Shown one piece after another: positions 22,953 through 30,920 of a stretch of 64,000 bases of DNA. The translations under genes and the position numbers were made by a program. The notes under the pieces are model-generated. The model searched no databases, was not told the DNA's origin, and saw nothing but the letters and a program-made list of their open reading frames with translations. Numbering within the stretch: position 1 is the first letter of the stretch; every line of letters begins with the position of its first letter. Source of the DNA: Clostridiales bacterium (lineage in GTDB: Bacteria > Bacillota > Clostridia > Lachnospirales > WRAX01); NCBI GenBank assembly GCA_031265685.1, contig JAISCI010000045.1:15467-79466 (forward strand), given 5' to 3'.

Positions 22953-23109
22953 GCGAATTTTGCCTGGCGAATTTCGCGTCGCATTTTCGCGTGACAGAAG
23001 TTTGCGTGAATCGAAGCATTATCGTGTGGTTCAAACGATAATGCGATGCAAACTTCGTTCAAGCGAAAATGCTTCGTCCAAGCGAAATTCCTTCCCGCAG
23101 AATTCCGCG
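22953..23109. repeat. ~157-bp composite multi-unit palindrome of the hairpin family
   Basis: Centred on CATTATCGT-gtggttcaa-ACGATAATG (23017-23043). Successive arm pairs are GAAGTTTGC/GCAAACTTC, GCATTTTCGC/GCGAAAATGC, GAATTTCGC/GCGAAATTC and GCGAATTTTGC/GCAGAATTCCGC. Confidence 0.85.
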
Positions 23110-23508
23110 CTCAGAAATCCGGCGTATTAAACGCGCTGTCGTATGTCTTTGAGAACGGCTGTAAACGGATAACTTGCCGTCCGGATTTGACGACCGGCGT
23201 ACAGCTTGTACGCGACCAAACCGCTGGTCAAGGTCAGGTTTTTTTGTATATGCAAAAGATGGGAATGACACTAGTGAACGTCGTATTGTCTCTTTGGATT
23301 CCATCGGTATCAAAGTCCGTACTGCGACAAAGAGTCATATCAGTACCGCGGCCCAATCGGCGCCTTTTCCGCCGGATAATTTGTTTTATGTGGACGGGCC
23401 AAGCAAAAATACCGCCGCTCATATTTCGCCTGATATAACCGGCGGCGCGGGACTGTTTGAAAACAATATTCTCAACGAATGGACCGGGGCTGCGCGTCGC
23501 GCCGCCCA

Positions 23509-25131
23509 TCACCTGGTGTCCGCGATAGCAAGGCTCTGAATATACTTCCGCGGTGAAACCCCTACGACCTTCTTAAACACCTTGCTGAAATAAAACGCGT
23601 TCTCGAACCCCAATTTTTCGGCGATCTCGTATATCTTCCCGTTTCCCGAGAGCAGCATCTGCTTCGCGGTCTCGACGCGTATGTTCGTTATATACTCCAC
23701 GTATCCTTTCCCCGTGTACTTCGCGAACAACTGGGACAGATAATTCGGGCTGAAATTAAACACCGCCGCTACTTCGTTCAGACTCAGCCTCTTATTGAGA
23801 TTCGACGCTATGTAGTCCTGCACCCGCGCTATGATCTGCCGTCTGTAATTAAGCCGCCGCGCGGCCAGCGTGTCGCGGCACTCGTCGCGCAGCCGCGCCA
23901 GCCACGCCGTCACCTCGCGCGTCGCGCGCAAACGGTACAGTTTGCGGTAACCGTCCGGCTCGTCCCGGAAAACGCGGTCGATGAGCGCGGCGCCGTCCGT
24001 CATTGTGTTCATTATAAGGTAAAGTATATTCGACGCGGCGTCCACCGCGCCGACCAGCCGACCCGGACGCGTCTCGAAAAAGTCTATCACGCCGTTAACG
24101 GCTTCCTCCAGCAGTTCGGCGTTCGATTCGCGGAAAGCGCGCGTCATCTGGTCGCGAGCGGCGGCGAACGAGAACTCGTCCTCGACTATCTCACCGAACG
24201 GCGCGCCGTCCCAAGCGAATACGACCGGATGCCGCTCGTCGGCGGACGTCTCGCGCAAGACGGCGGAGGCGTAACTCTCGCGCAATTCAAACGGCTTGGC
24301 CGCGACCGTCCCCACCGACGCGCGCACGCTCACACCAAAGTAACTCTGCGCCATCTCGGCGGCGACAAGAAGAGCCTCCTCGAGCGGAACGCGCCACGAT
24401 TTCTCGTCGTCGGAACCCAGGCAGACGGCCGTTATAAAACGGCTCGGCTCGGCGTCCGGAAAAGTCGGGTAGCAGACGAACGACTTCGAGGCCGTCTCGC
24501 GGAACATCCTCGCGGCGCTTTCAAACAGCGCGTTAAGCTTGTCCGGGCGCATGTCGTCCCCGTTTTGGCTTCGCGACAGCGAACACGTGACGGCGCAGTA
24601 CGCGGTCGAGCTGAACTCGAGGCCAAGCTCGGCCCGGCGCGCCTCGAAGTCGGCCTCATCGTCGAACAGACCGTTATACAGCCGCGCGAAAAACTTCTCG
24701 CCGGATCCGCCCCGTCTCGTGGATACGTCCGGAAAGCCGCTCCAATTGTGCATCTCGAGAGTCTTTATGGCTTTTTCGACCGCCCCGGCCAAGCTCTCGG
24801 GCGTAAGCTCCAGTTTGATGAGGTAGTCGATCGCCTGAAGCTTAATCGCCTGATGAACATAATCGAACTCCTCATAGCTCGTGAGCATGATAAACAGAGG
24901 GACGCGCCCGTATTTTTCGGAGCATTCCCGCGCCAGATCGACGCCGCTTTTGACCGGCATTTTTATGTCGCTGATAACGATATGCGGACGCAGCTTCTCA
25001 ATAAGCTCGGCGGCCTGCCCGCCGTTCCGCGCGGTCGCGACCACCTCCACGCCCATATCCTCCCATTTAAGCATGGACGACACGCCCACGCACACGAGAG
25101 GTTCGTCGTCTACGATCATCAGTTTTACCAT
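23509..25131 (-). CDS. response regulator with AraC-type HTH (YesN-like)
   Basis: 540 aa. REC domain (KLMIVDDEP..VISDIKMP) plus a C-terminal AraC HTH (SLNEVAAVFNFSPNYLSQLFAKYTG..FENAFYFSKVFKK). Confidence 0.9.
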   Translation of the reverse strand: MVKLMIVDDEPLVCVGVSSMLKWEDMGVEVVATARNGGQAAELIEKLRPHIVISDIKMPVKSGVDLARECSEKYGRVPLFIMLTSYEEFDYVHQAIKLQAIDYLIKLELTPESLAGAVEKAIKTLEMHNWSGFPDVSTRRGGSGEKFFARLYNGLFDDEADFEARRAELGLEFSSTAYCAVTCSLSRSQNGDDMRPDKLNALFESAARMFRETASKSFVCYPTFPDAEPSRFITAVCLGSDDEKSWRVPLEEALLVAAEMAQSYFGVSVRASVGTVAAKPFELRESYASAVLRETSADERHPVVFAWDGAPFGEIVEDEFSFAAARDQMTRAFRESNAELLEEAVNGVIDFFETRPGRLVGAVDAASNILYLIMNTMTDGAALIDRVFRDEPDGYRKLYRLRATREVTAWLARLRDECRDTLAARRLNYRRQIIARVQDYIASNLNKRLSLNEVAAVFNFSPNYLSQLFAKYTGKGYVEYITNIRVETAKQMLLSGNGKIYEIAEKLGFENAFYFSKVFKKVVGVSPRKYIQSLAIADTR

Positions 25132-25135
25132 GTCT

Positions 25136-26842
25136 TCACTCCTTGTACGGGATCAGCAGGCGCATCCTGGTACCCGAACCCAGCTCGCTCTCGGCGGCCA
25201 GTCCGTAGCCCTCGCCGAAAGCCAGCCGCGCCCTCTCGGATACGTTCCGCACGCCCAAGCAGCCGATCACTCCGCGGCAATCTTTTTCGTCAATTTTATC
25301 ATAGCTGAGGATTTTTTCCAGATTCTCCGCGCTCATCCCGACACCGTCGTCGGATACGGACACCGCGACGCCGCCCGGTTCGCGTCTTGCGGACACGACA
25401 ATCCTCCCGGCGCCCTTCGGCTCTATGCCGTGGAAAATCGCGTTTTCGACGAGCGGCTGGATAGAGAATCGCGGAATAACCGCGTCCAGCAGTTCCGGCG
25501 ACTCGATCTCGACGGCGAACTCGATGCCGCCGCCATAACGGTAGCGCTGGATCAGAACGTAATCCGAAAGCAGATCCAGCTCCTCCGCTAGCGTCACTTC
25601 CTTGCGAGTGTCCTTGGACACGGTCTTAAGCAGCCGCGACAGCGACGTCGTCATCTCGGCTATACCGGTCGCGTTCTGGATCGTAGCCATCCATTTGATC
25701 GAGTTGAGCGTGTTGTACAGGAAGTGCGGGTTGATCTGCGCCTGCAGCATCCTGTACTCAAGGTCGCGGCGGCGCGTCTCGTCGTCGAGCCGCTCACGCA
25801 TGAGAGCGGCGGCGCTTCGGCAGAGGTGGTTGACCCCGCCGCCAATCTCGCCCATCTCGCTGTCCGATTCCAGCGAGACATCCGCTGAGAAGTCGCCGTC
25901 CGCCGCCGCGACGAGCTTGGCGCGGATACGGGCCGCCGGCCGCGAAACGCCTTTGTCCAGCCGATTGATAATGATGAAAGCGACCGCCGCTATCGCCGCG
26001 CAGATGAATACCAGGAGCGGTGCCCACTTATTAAGCGACGGCAGGAAACGCGCGGGCGGCAGCGTCTGCGCGATGGACAGCCCGTCCCGCACGGCGTAGC
26101 TGACGGCTGCTCCCTTGGCGTTTTCGGATTCCGCTGGGATAAGTTCGCGCGCGCCGGCGACGAGGTAAGTCTCGTCGCCGAACGAGATATAAATGTCCGA
26201 TCCCTCGGGCATGGTATAACTTGTCAGCTTGTCGGTTATAAGGGCGGCGGACGTCTCCGCGATCGCAAGCCCGATTACGCTGCGGTTGGCGGAACTGTAC
26301 ACCGGGCAGTAGAAAGCTAGGAACTGGCCGTTCGCCGCCGCGTTGAACGGGTCCGGCCCAATGAGCCGCCAGTCATACGGCGCTCCGGGGAGCAGTCCGT
26401 CGAACCGCGCCAGACTGTATTTTGTCACGGGGTAACTGTCCACGCTGAAATTGCCGACCTGAAGCAGACGCGAACCGTCTGTCTCCGTGACGATCAGTCT
26501 TTGGACATATCCGGAGCAGCGGCTTCCCGCGTACTCCTCGTGCAGACGATCATAGGCGGCCGAGCCGATCGGTTTGGCGCGGCGGGCGGGCGCGGTGAAA
26601 TAGTCGGTTATCTGGGCGGTATTGGCGCTGAAAGCCGCCAGACGCGCCACTTCGTTCATGTCCGCGCCGATCGTGTCCGCCATAAGCTTCAAGTTATACT
26701 GCGCGGACTGAATGACGGTCGTCTTCTGGAAATCATATGTAAGGTAGAGGAAAAAAGCGGAAACCAGCGCCGAAACCATCACCGCGAATCCAACCATAAA
26801 GACTAAGACCTGCCATTTAACGGTCTTGAGCTTGCGCAGCAT
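25136..26842 (-). CDS. sensor histidine kinase (YesM-like)
   Basis: 568 aa. Two TM segments flank a sensor domain, then a HAMP-like region, the His-kinase motif QINPHFLYNTLNSI and an HATPase_c domain (VSDDGVGM..GVRNV). Confidence 0.9.
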   Translation of the reverse strand: MLRKLKTVKWQVLVFMVGFAVMVSALVSAFFLYLTYDFQKTTVIQSAQYNLKLMADTIGADMNEVARLAAFSANTAQITDYFTAPARRAKPIGSAAYDRLHEEYAGSRCSGYVQRLIVTETDGSRLLQVGNFSVDSYPVTKYSLARFDGLLPGAPYDWRLIGPDPFNAAANGQFLAFYCPVYSSANRSVIGLAIAETSAALITDKLTSYTMPEGSDIYISFGDETYLVAGARELIPAESENAKGAAVSYAVRDGLSIAQTLPPARFLPSLNKWAPLLVFICAAIAAVAFIIINRLDKGVSRPAARIRAKLVAAADGDFSADVSLESDSEMGEIGGGVNHLCRSAAALMRERLDDETRRRDLEYRMLQAQINPHFLYNTLNSIKWMATIQNATGIAEMTTSLSRLLKTVSKDTRKEVTLAEELDLLSDYVLIQRYRYGGGIEFAVEIESPELLDAVIPRFSIQPLVENAIFHGIEPKGAGRIVVSARREPGGVAVSVSDDGVGMSAENLEKILSYDKIDEKDCRGVIGCLGVRNVSERARLAFGEGYGLAAESELGSGTRMRLLIPYKE

Positions 26843-26904
26843 TTCGACACCCTCCGGGTTGCGGCCGCGGAACGACGATAATAAAATAAATAATATAATA
26901 TTAT

Positions 26905-26933
26905 ATGATACGGCATATCCGGGGATTTGTCAA
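26905..26933 (-). promoter_or_regulatory. sigma-A-type promoter for the kinase/regulator pair
   Basis: Minus strand reads TTGACA, 17-nt spacer, TATCAT, about 60 nt upstream of ATG 26842 (SD GGAGGGTG). Confidence 0.5.
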
Positions 26934-27155
26934 GGGGCGGCAGGGCGATGATACGTTTATTTCATAAACGCGCGAAGTCCGCTCACCGCCTCTAGACGAG
27001 TGCCGGGCGGGGGAGCGGAGAGATGGCGGAGCGGCGTGCCGCAAATTACGTCTTTCCGCCGCTTCAGTACATGAAATCAATGAAATTTAATAAGCGCGGA
27101 ACACAGCGGCTGTTCCCGTCGGGCGCAATCGGCGCGGAAACACCAGCGCCGCACG

Positions 27156-27629
27156 TTAATTGCTTATAATTTCCATAATTCCATAATAATCTGAATTGTA
27201 AGGTATACGCATCTTTCCGTACCGCAAGCGCGTTTCCTTGCCATTCTCATAGAGGAACCGCTCAAAATCCCGAGCGTCGGCGACCGCGCCTGCATCTTCA
27301 AGCATCGCGCAAATAACGCCCGATCCGACGCCCTTGGGAACGTCTATCTCAAAATCCCCGGCAGGCTGTTCGGACGCGGGCCGCGTCTCCGTCGGACCGG
27401 GCGCTTCGGACGGCGGAGCGGCGGTCGGTTCCGGCGTGGACACGATCGGCGCGAAAAACGGCGGATCCTCCGGGGACACCTCGACGGACACGATCGAGTC
27501 TTCCGTCGGCGCGGACACATCCGCTGACCGCCAGCCCGCCTTCTCCCGAGCGTACAAAAATCCGAACGCCGCGGACATAATCATAATACCCGCGCCCAGA
27601 CCGATCAGCGCGCTACGCATTGCCGTCAC
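27156..27629 (-). CDS. membrane-anchored hypothetical protein; C-terminal domain resembles the MltG/YceG N-terminal (LysM-like) domain
   Basis: 157 aa. N-terminal TM, Pro-rich linker, then IDVPKGVGSGVICAMLEDAGAVADARDFERFL..YGKMRIP. The domain resemblance is from memory only. Confidence 0.5.
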   Translation of the reverse strand: MTAMRSALIGLGAGIMIMSAAFGFLYAREKAGWRSADVSAPTEDSIVSVEVSPEDPPFFAPIVSTPEPTAAPPSEAPGPTETRPASEQPAGDFEIDVPKGVGSGVICAMLEDAGAVADARDFERFLYENGKETRLRYGKMRIPYNSDYYGIMEIISN

Positions 27630-28014
27630 CGTAAAGATTCGCCATGAGCCGAACCTCTCCCTGCCCTATTCCCAATTCTTTCGCCGTCTCCGTTACGCTC
27701 CGTCCGCTCTTTATCATTTGAGCGGCACGGCGAGCCATGGGCGGCACGGCGCGGACGCGTTCTGCCGGACGCTCCGCCCCGACGAACACGTCGATCTTGC
27801 GCCCCGATTTAAGGATCTTCTCCTTCTCCCCTATCATCTCGTAGAGGGTTCGGAGTTCCGCCTTCTTCTCGTCCAGTTCGGAGAAAACGGCCTCGCTGAT
27901 CTGTTCAAACGATTCCGCGCCGCTCCCGCTCTTCGGGCGCGAAGCCAGCCCCGCGATAAATATCGCCGCCCCCGCTATGAACGAAAAGACGACGCCGATC
28001 ATCACAGCGTCCAT
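27613..28014 (-). CDS. hypothetical membrane-anchored protein with a C-terminal HTH-like segment
   Basis: 133 aa. N-terminal TM, a coiled-coil-like middle, and a C-terminal SGRSVTETAKELGIGQGEVRLMANLY. Confidence 0.5.
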   Translation of the reverse strand: MDAVMIGVVFSFIAGAAIFIAGLASRPKSGSGAESFEQISEAVFSELDEKKAELRTLYEMIGEKEKILKSGRKIDVFVGAERPAERVRAVPPMARRAAQMIKSGRSVTETAKELGIGQGEVRLMANLYGDGNA

Positions 28015-28018
28015 TCTG

Positions 28019-28324
28019 TCACACCCTTATATCCACTATGCTCGAACTTTTGTACGCGGAGAGCGCGGCGGCGGCTTCCGGATTCTTTTTCTTCTTCTTG
28101 GCTCCGCCGAACGCTCCCGAGCCGTTACCGCGGCCGTCCGGGTTGGTCTGAGCGCCCTTATCCGATTCGCGCACAAAGCGCTCCGCGTGGACGGTTTCCT
28201 TATCCATCTGCCTGGCGAAATGCGCCTGTTGCATCCCCGCGCGCGACCCGTCCGCTCCCGAAGCGCGGTTCACCTCGTAAGAATTGCCCAGCGCCGCTTT
28301 CAGGTCTATCGGCCTCATCGACAT
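28019..28324 (-). CDS. hypothetical Gly/Lys-rich, probably disordered protein downstream of sigD
   Basis: ATG 28324 (MSMRPIDLKAALGN..) is preceded by SD GGAAAGGAG at 8 nt; the ORF track extends to 28345. No family recognised. Confidence 0.45.
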   Translation of the reverse strand: MSMRPIDLKAALGNSYEVNRASGADGSRAGMQQAHFARQMDKETVHAERFVRESDKGAQTNPDGRGNGSGAFGGAKKKKKNPEAAAALSAYKSSSIVDIRV

Positions 28325-28375
28325 GGCCAAAACTCCTTTCCTCATTCTGTCTGATTCTGTCTAACCCGAAACGTA

Positions 28376-29149
28376 TCAGTTCATAAACAGAACGGCCTTA
28401 TACTTGCCCAGCCTGGCCTTAAGCCTGGACACCGCCTTCGAGTGTATCTGGGATATGCGCGACTCGCTTACCCCCATGATGCCGGAGATTTCCTTCAGCG
28501 TCAGATCCTCAAAGTAGTACAGTGTTATTACTTTTTTTTCCTTATCAGACAGTTTGTCTATCGCGTCGATCAGCATCTGGCGTATTTCCTGCTTCTCGTA
28601 CTGCGTGTCCGGCGTATCTATCGCGGCGCCGCTCGTGGACATAAACGCGGTTTCGTGGTTCTGATCCAAGTAGTCGTTCAGCGAGATCAGCGTCGCGACT
28701 GACGACTTCTTTATAAGCTCCTGCGTTTCGTACAGCGATATGCCCAGTTTCTCGGATAACTCGTATTCGGTCGGCTCGCGTCCCAGCTCGTTCTCCAGAT
28801 CCGCGAAAGCCTGATCCAGAAGTTTGTTCCTCTGCCGCAGCGTCCGCGGCACCCAATCCATCTTGCGGATCGAGTCGATTATGGAACCGCGTATGCGAAG
28901 CGACGCGTATGTCTCAAACTTAACGCCCTTATCGAAGTCGAACTTATCTATAGCGTCGATAAGACCGAAGATGCCGTAACTGAGCATATCGTCGAACTCA
29001 ACATGCTGGCCGATATGTATGCTAAGCCGCCCCGCCACGAACTTGACGAGGTGAGCGTATCTCAAAATAAGCTGCTCCTTGAGGGCGGCTTTGTGCTCGG
29101 GCACAGCGGCCTTTCGATATTCACGCCAAATATTGTCGATATTTTCCAT
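28376..29149 (-). CDS. sigD: flagellar sigma factor (sigma-28, FliA/WhiG/SigD family)
   Basis: Region 2 (LILRYAHLVKFVAGRL) and region 4 HTH (LTLKEISGIMGVSESRISQIHSKA). ATG 29149 (MENIDNIWREY) is preferred to the ORF-track start 29233. Confidence 0.9.
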   Translation of the reverse strand: MENIDNIWREYRKAAVPEHKAALKEQLILRYAHLVKFVAGRLSIHIGQHVEFDDMLSYGIFGLIDAIDKFDFDKGVKFETYASLRIRGSIIDSIRKMDWVPRTLRQRNKLLDQAFADLENELGREPTEYELSEKLGISLYETQELIKKSSVATLISLNDYLDQNHETAFMSTSGAAIDTPDTQYEKQEIRQMLIDAIDKLSDKEKKVITLYYFEDLTLKEISGIMGVSESRISQIHSKAVSRLKARLGKYKAVLFMN

Positions 29150-29244
29150 CCCGACGTTCCTTCCGTTGATTGCGCTCTCCGCGCGAATTACATAAATCCC
29201 CAAAATACTGCGCAAGAGCGCGTAACCCACCAAGCTACTAGACT

Positions 29245-29273
29245 ATTATAACAAGTTTCGACAAAATGATCAA
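29245..29273 (-). promoter_or_regulatory. sigma-A-type promoter directly upstream of sigD
   Basis: Minus strand reads TTGATC, 17-nt spacer, TGtTATAAT (extended -10). It lies about 95 nt upstream of ATG 29149 in an AT-rich stretch. Confidence 0.6.
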
Positions 29274-29348
29274 CTAATTTTTTTGTTTTCCGAGAACAAT
29301 TGTAAATTACTTGAATTCTTATTAATTTTCAGAATATTCCTAGCCTTA

Positions 29349-29630
29349 TTAGCTTTCTGAGCCTTCTTTGGACCCATTGGACATAATTACATCGCTGCTT
29401 TCGGAATTGTTAGAATTTAGAGCCCTTTTGACGAAGATTTTTGTTAAAAACGCCAAGGCGTAAAAGCCGACAATTGCCAGAACCATCCTCAGAGCGGTCG
29501 TATCGCTCGGAGCGCCCACAAAATAGCTGACGGCCCCAACGACGACGACCGCCAATATAGTCAGGATTATGTCCAATTTGTCCAAAATCACGCCGACGCC
29601 CCCCTCATATAGTTCTGCAGCCGTGCTCAA
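29349..29630 (-). CDS. small hypothetical membrane protein (2 predicted TM)
   Basis: 93-aa ORF. GTG 29594, preceded by SD GAGGGGGG, would give 81 aa and avoid overlap with cheD. Hydrophobic core, Ser/Asn-rich tail, lower GC than neighbours. Confidence 0.45.
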   Translation of the reverse strand: MSTAAELYEGGVGVILDKLDIILTILAVVVVGAVSYFVGAPSDTTALRMVLAIVGFYALAFLTKIFVKRALNSNNSESSDVIMSNGSKEGSES

Positions 29631-30093
29631 TAGTCTTTACGTTAAGCGAATAGTCCAGTGAACTCAGCGTTATAGTCCGCCCGAACGATTCGCCTGTCGC
29701 GCGCGCCATAATCGGGATATTGTACGCCGACAGCGTGGTTATCGCGGCCTCCACGTTGCGCTCGCCTATACGCATTATGTCGTTCATGCCGACGCCGGCG
29801 AACATCTGCGCTCCTCCGGCCAGCTTCGCGCGGAGCAGGTCTTTACGCGCGCCTATCCTCGCCATCTCGAGAATCAGCTTGACGACGGCCGTATCGACGA
29901 ATTTGGCCGGGTTGCCGCCGCTCTGAATTTGCCGGGAATCCGGAAGCATACAATGCGCCATGCCGATCACGCCGCTGAGCTTGTCGAACAGCGCGATACC
30001 GACGCAGCTGCCCAGACCCAGCGTCGTCAGCGAGACGGGCCGCCTGGCGGCGCGAAGATCCGCCATGCCTACTATTATTGTGTTGCCGTCCAT
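29605..30093 (-). CDS. cheD: chemoreceptor glutamine deamidase CheD
   Basis: ATG 30093 (MDGNTIIVGMADL..). Contains GLGSCVGIAL (catalytic Cys) and GMAHCMLP (His) motifs. Confidence 0.9.
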   Translation of the reverse strand: MDGNTIIVGMADLRAARRPVSLTTLGLGSCVGIALFDKLSGVIGMAHCMLPDSRQIQSGGNPAKFVDTAVVKLILEMARIGARKDLLRAKLAGGAQMFAGVGMNDIMRIGERNVEAAITTLSAYNIPIMARATGESFGRTITLSSLDYSLNVKTIEHGCRTI

Positions 30094-30131
30094 TATTCTC
30101 CCCCGCTCCTTCCAGTATACCGATACCGCGG

Positions 30132-30920
30132 TTACGAAAGCCCGAAGGAGCCGAGAAATAAATGGAAAGAGGACGGCTCCGGCACGAGAATAAAATAGCT
30201 GCGCGAACACGTCGCGCCGTCGCCGAAAACAGTCTCAATAAAAAGCGCCGAGTCGGCCACTTTTCCGAACTCGATCGCGGGTACCGAAAATACCGCCGCC
30301 GCCATATCCATCGTCAGCACAGGCACGCTTGGAAACACCTTGACGCCCGTCAGCTGGCCGAGCGCATTGAGGTATGCCGTTGAGAGGATGTTGCACATCT
30401 CGGTCAGGGCGGAAATATCCATATCGCTGAAGTCCCCTCTGAATTTCGCCCGGTTCAAAGAAATTTCGCCTGGCCGGATTTTGTTTGGCCGAATTCTGCT
30501 TGACTGAATTTTGCTTGACTGGATTTTGCTTGAATCACGCAAAATTCTTTCACTCAAAATTCTGTCACTCAAAATTCTGTCACGCGAAATTTCGGCGCAG
30601 AATTCATCGCCGTCCGGATCGGAAGCGTAGAGGTAGCGTATCAGAGTCCGAGCCTCGCCGGCCCTGATAATATAGAGGATCATCCCGGAGAGGTCGCCCG
30701 TTATCGTTACGAGCATACCGAACACCTGTTCCTCCGGGCCTCCCACCATAGCGGCGGCTTCCGCGAAGCCGAGCAGCCGGATGCGCGGAAGATGGATCAT
30801 AGCCTTGTCCGCGCCCAGCATCTTCGACAGCGCCGTGATCGCGTTGGAGCTTCCGATATTGCCCAGCTCCCGAAGCACGTCGAAATACAGCTCGCCGCCC
30901 GGCATGGTTGCTTTCATCAT
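30132..30920 (-). CDS. cheC: CheY-P phosphatase CheC carrying a 55-codon repeat-derived in-frame insert
   Basis: Both CheC active-site helices are present (DVLRELGN; SALTEMCN). At 262 aa it is longer than the ~210 aa usual for CheC, and the excess maps to 30441-30605. Confidence 0.85.
   Translation of the reverse strand: MMKATMPGGELYFDVLRELGNIGSSNAITALSKMLGADKAMIHLPRIRLLGFAEAAAMVGGPEEQVFGMLVTITGDLSGMILYIIRAGEARTLIRYLYASDPDGDEFCAEISRDRILSDRILSERILRDSSKIQSSKIQSSRIRPNKIRPGEISLNRAKFRGDFSDMDISALTEMCNILSTAYLNALGQLTGVKVFPSVPVLTMDMAAAVFSVPAIEFGKVADSALFIETVFGDGATCSRSYFILVPEPSSFHLFLGSFGLS
30441..30605. repeat. 165-bp multi-unit hairpin-family element inside cheC
   Basis: The left arm has six GAAWTTYGC-like units and the right arm five GCRAAWTTC-like units, centred on GATTTTGC-ttgaatcac-GCAAAATTC (30522-30547). 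Translated in the cheC frame it reads EFCAEISRDRILSDRILSERILRDSSKIQSSKIQSSRIRPNKIRPGEISLNRAKF. Confidence 0.9.

Noticed and set aside
23174-23539. 121-aa plus-strand ORF as a real gene.
   Set aside because: The ATG-proximal third is Arg-rich nonsense-like sequence and there is no SD. The ORF overlaps the 3' end of the convergent response-regulator gene. Only the distal part looks protein-like, so it is treated as a possible remnant (see finding) rather than a CDS.
30485-30667. Small ORFs reading through repeat elements (30485..30667 MAEFCLTEFCLTGFCLNHAKFFHSKFCH..; 22877..23062; 22837..23034; 3231..3437; 40173..40598; 20739..20990).
   Set aside because: Their peptide periodicity only mirrors the DNA repeat units. 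They have no SD or start context, and they overlap better-supported features (cheC, fliY) or lie wholly in fold-back elements.
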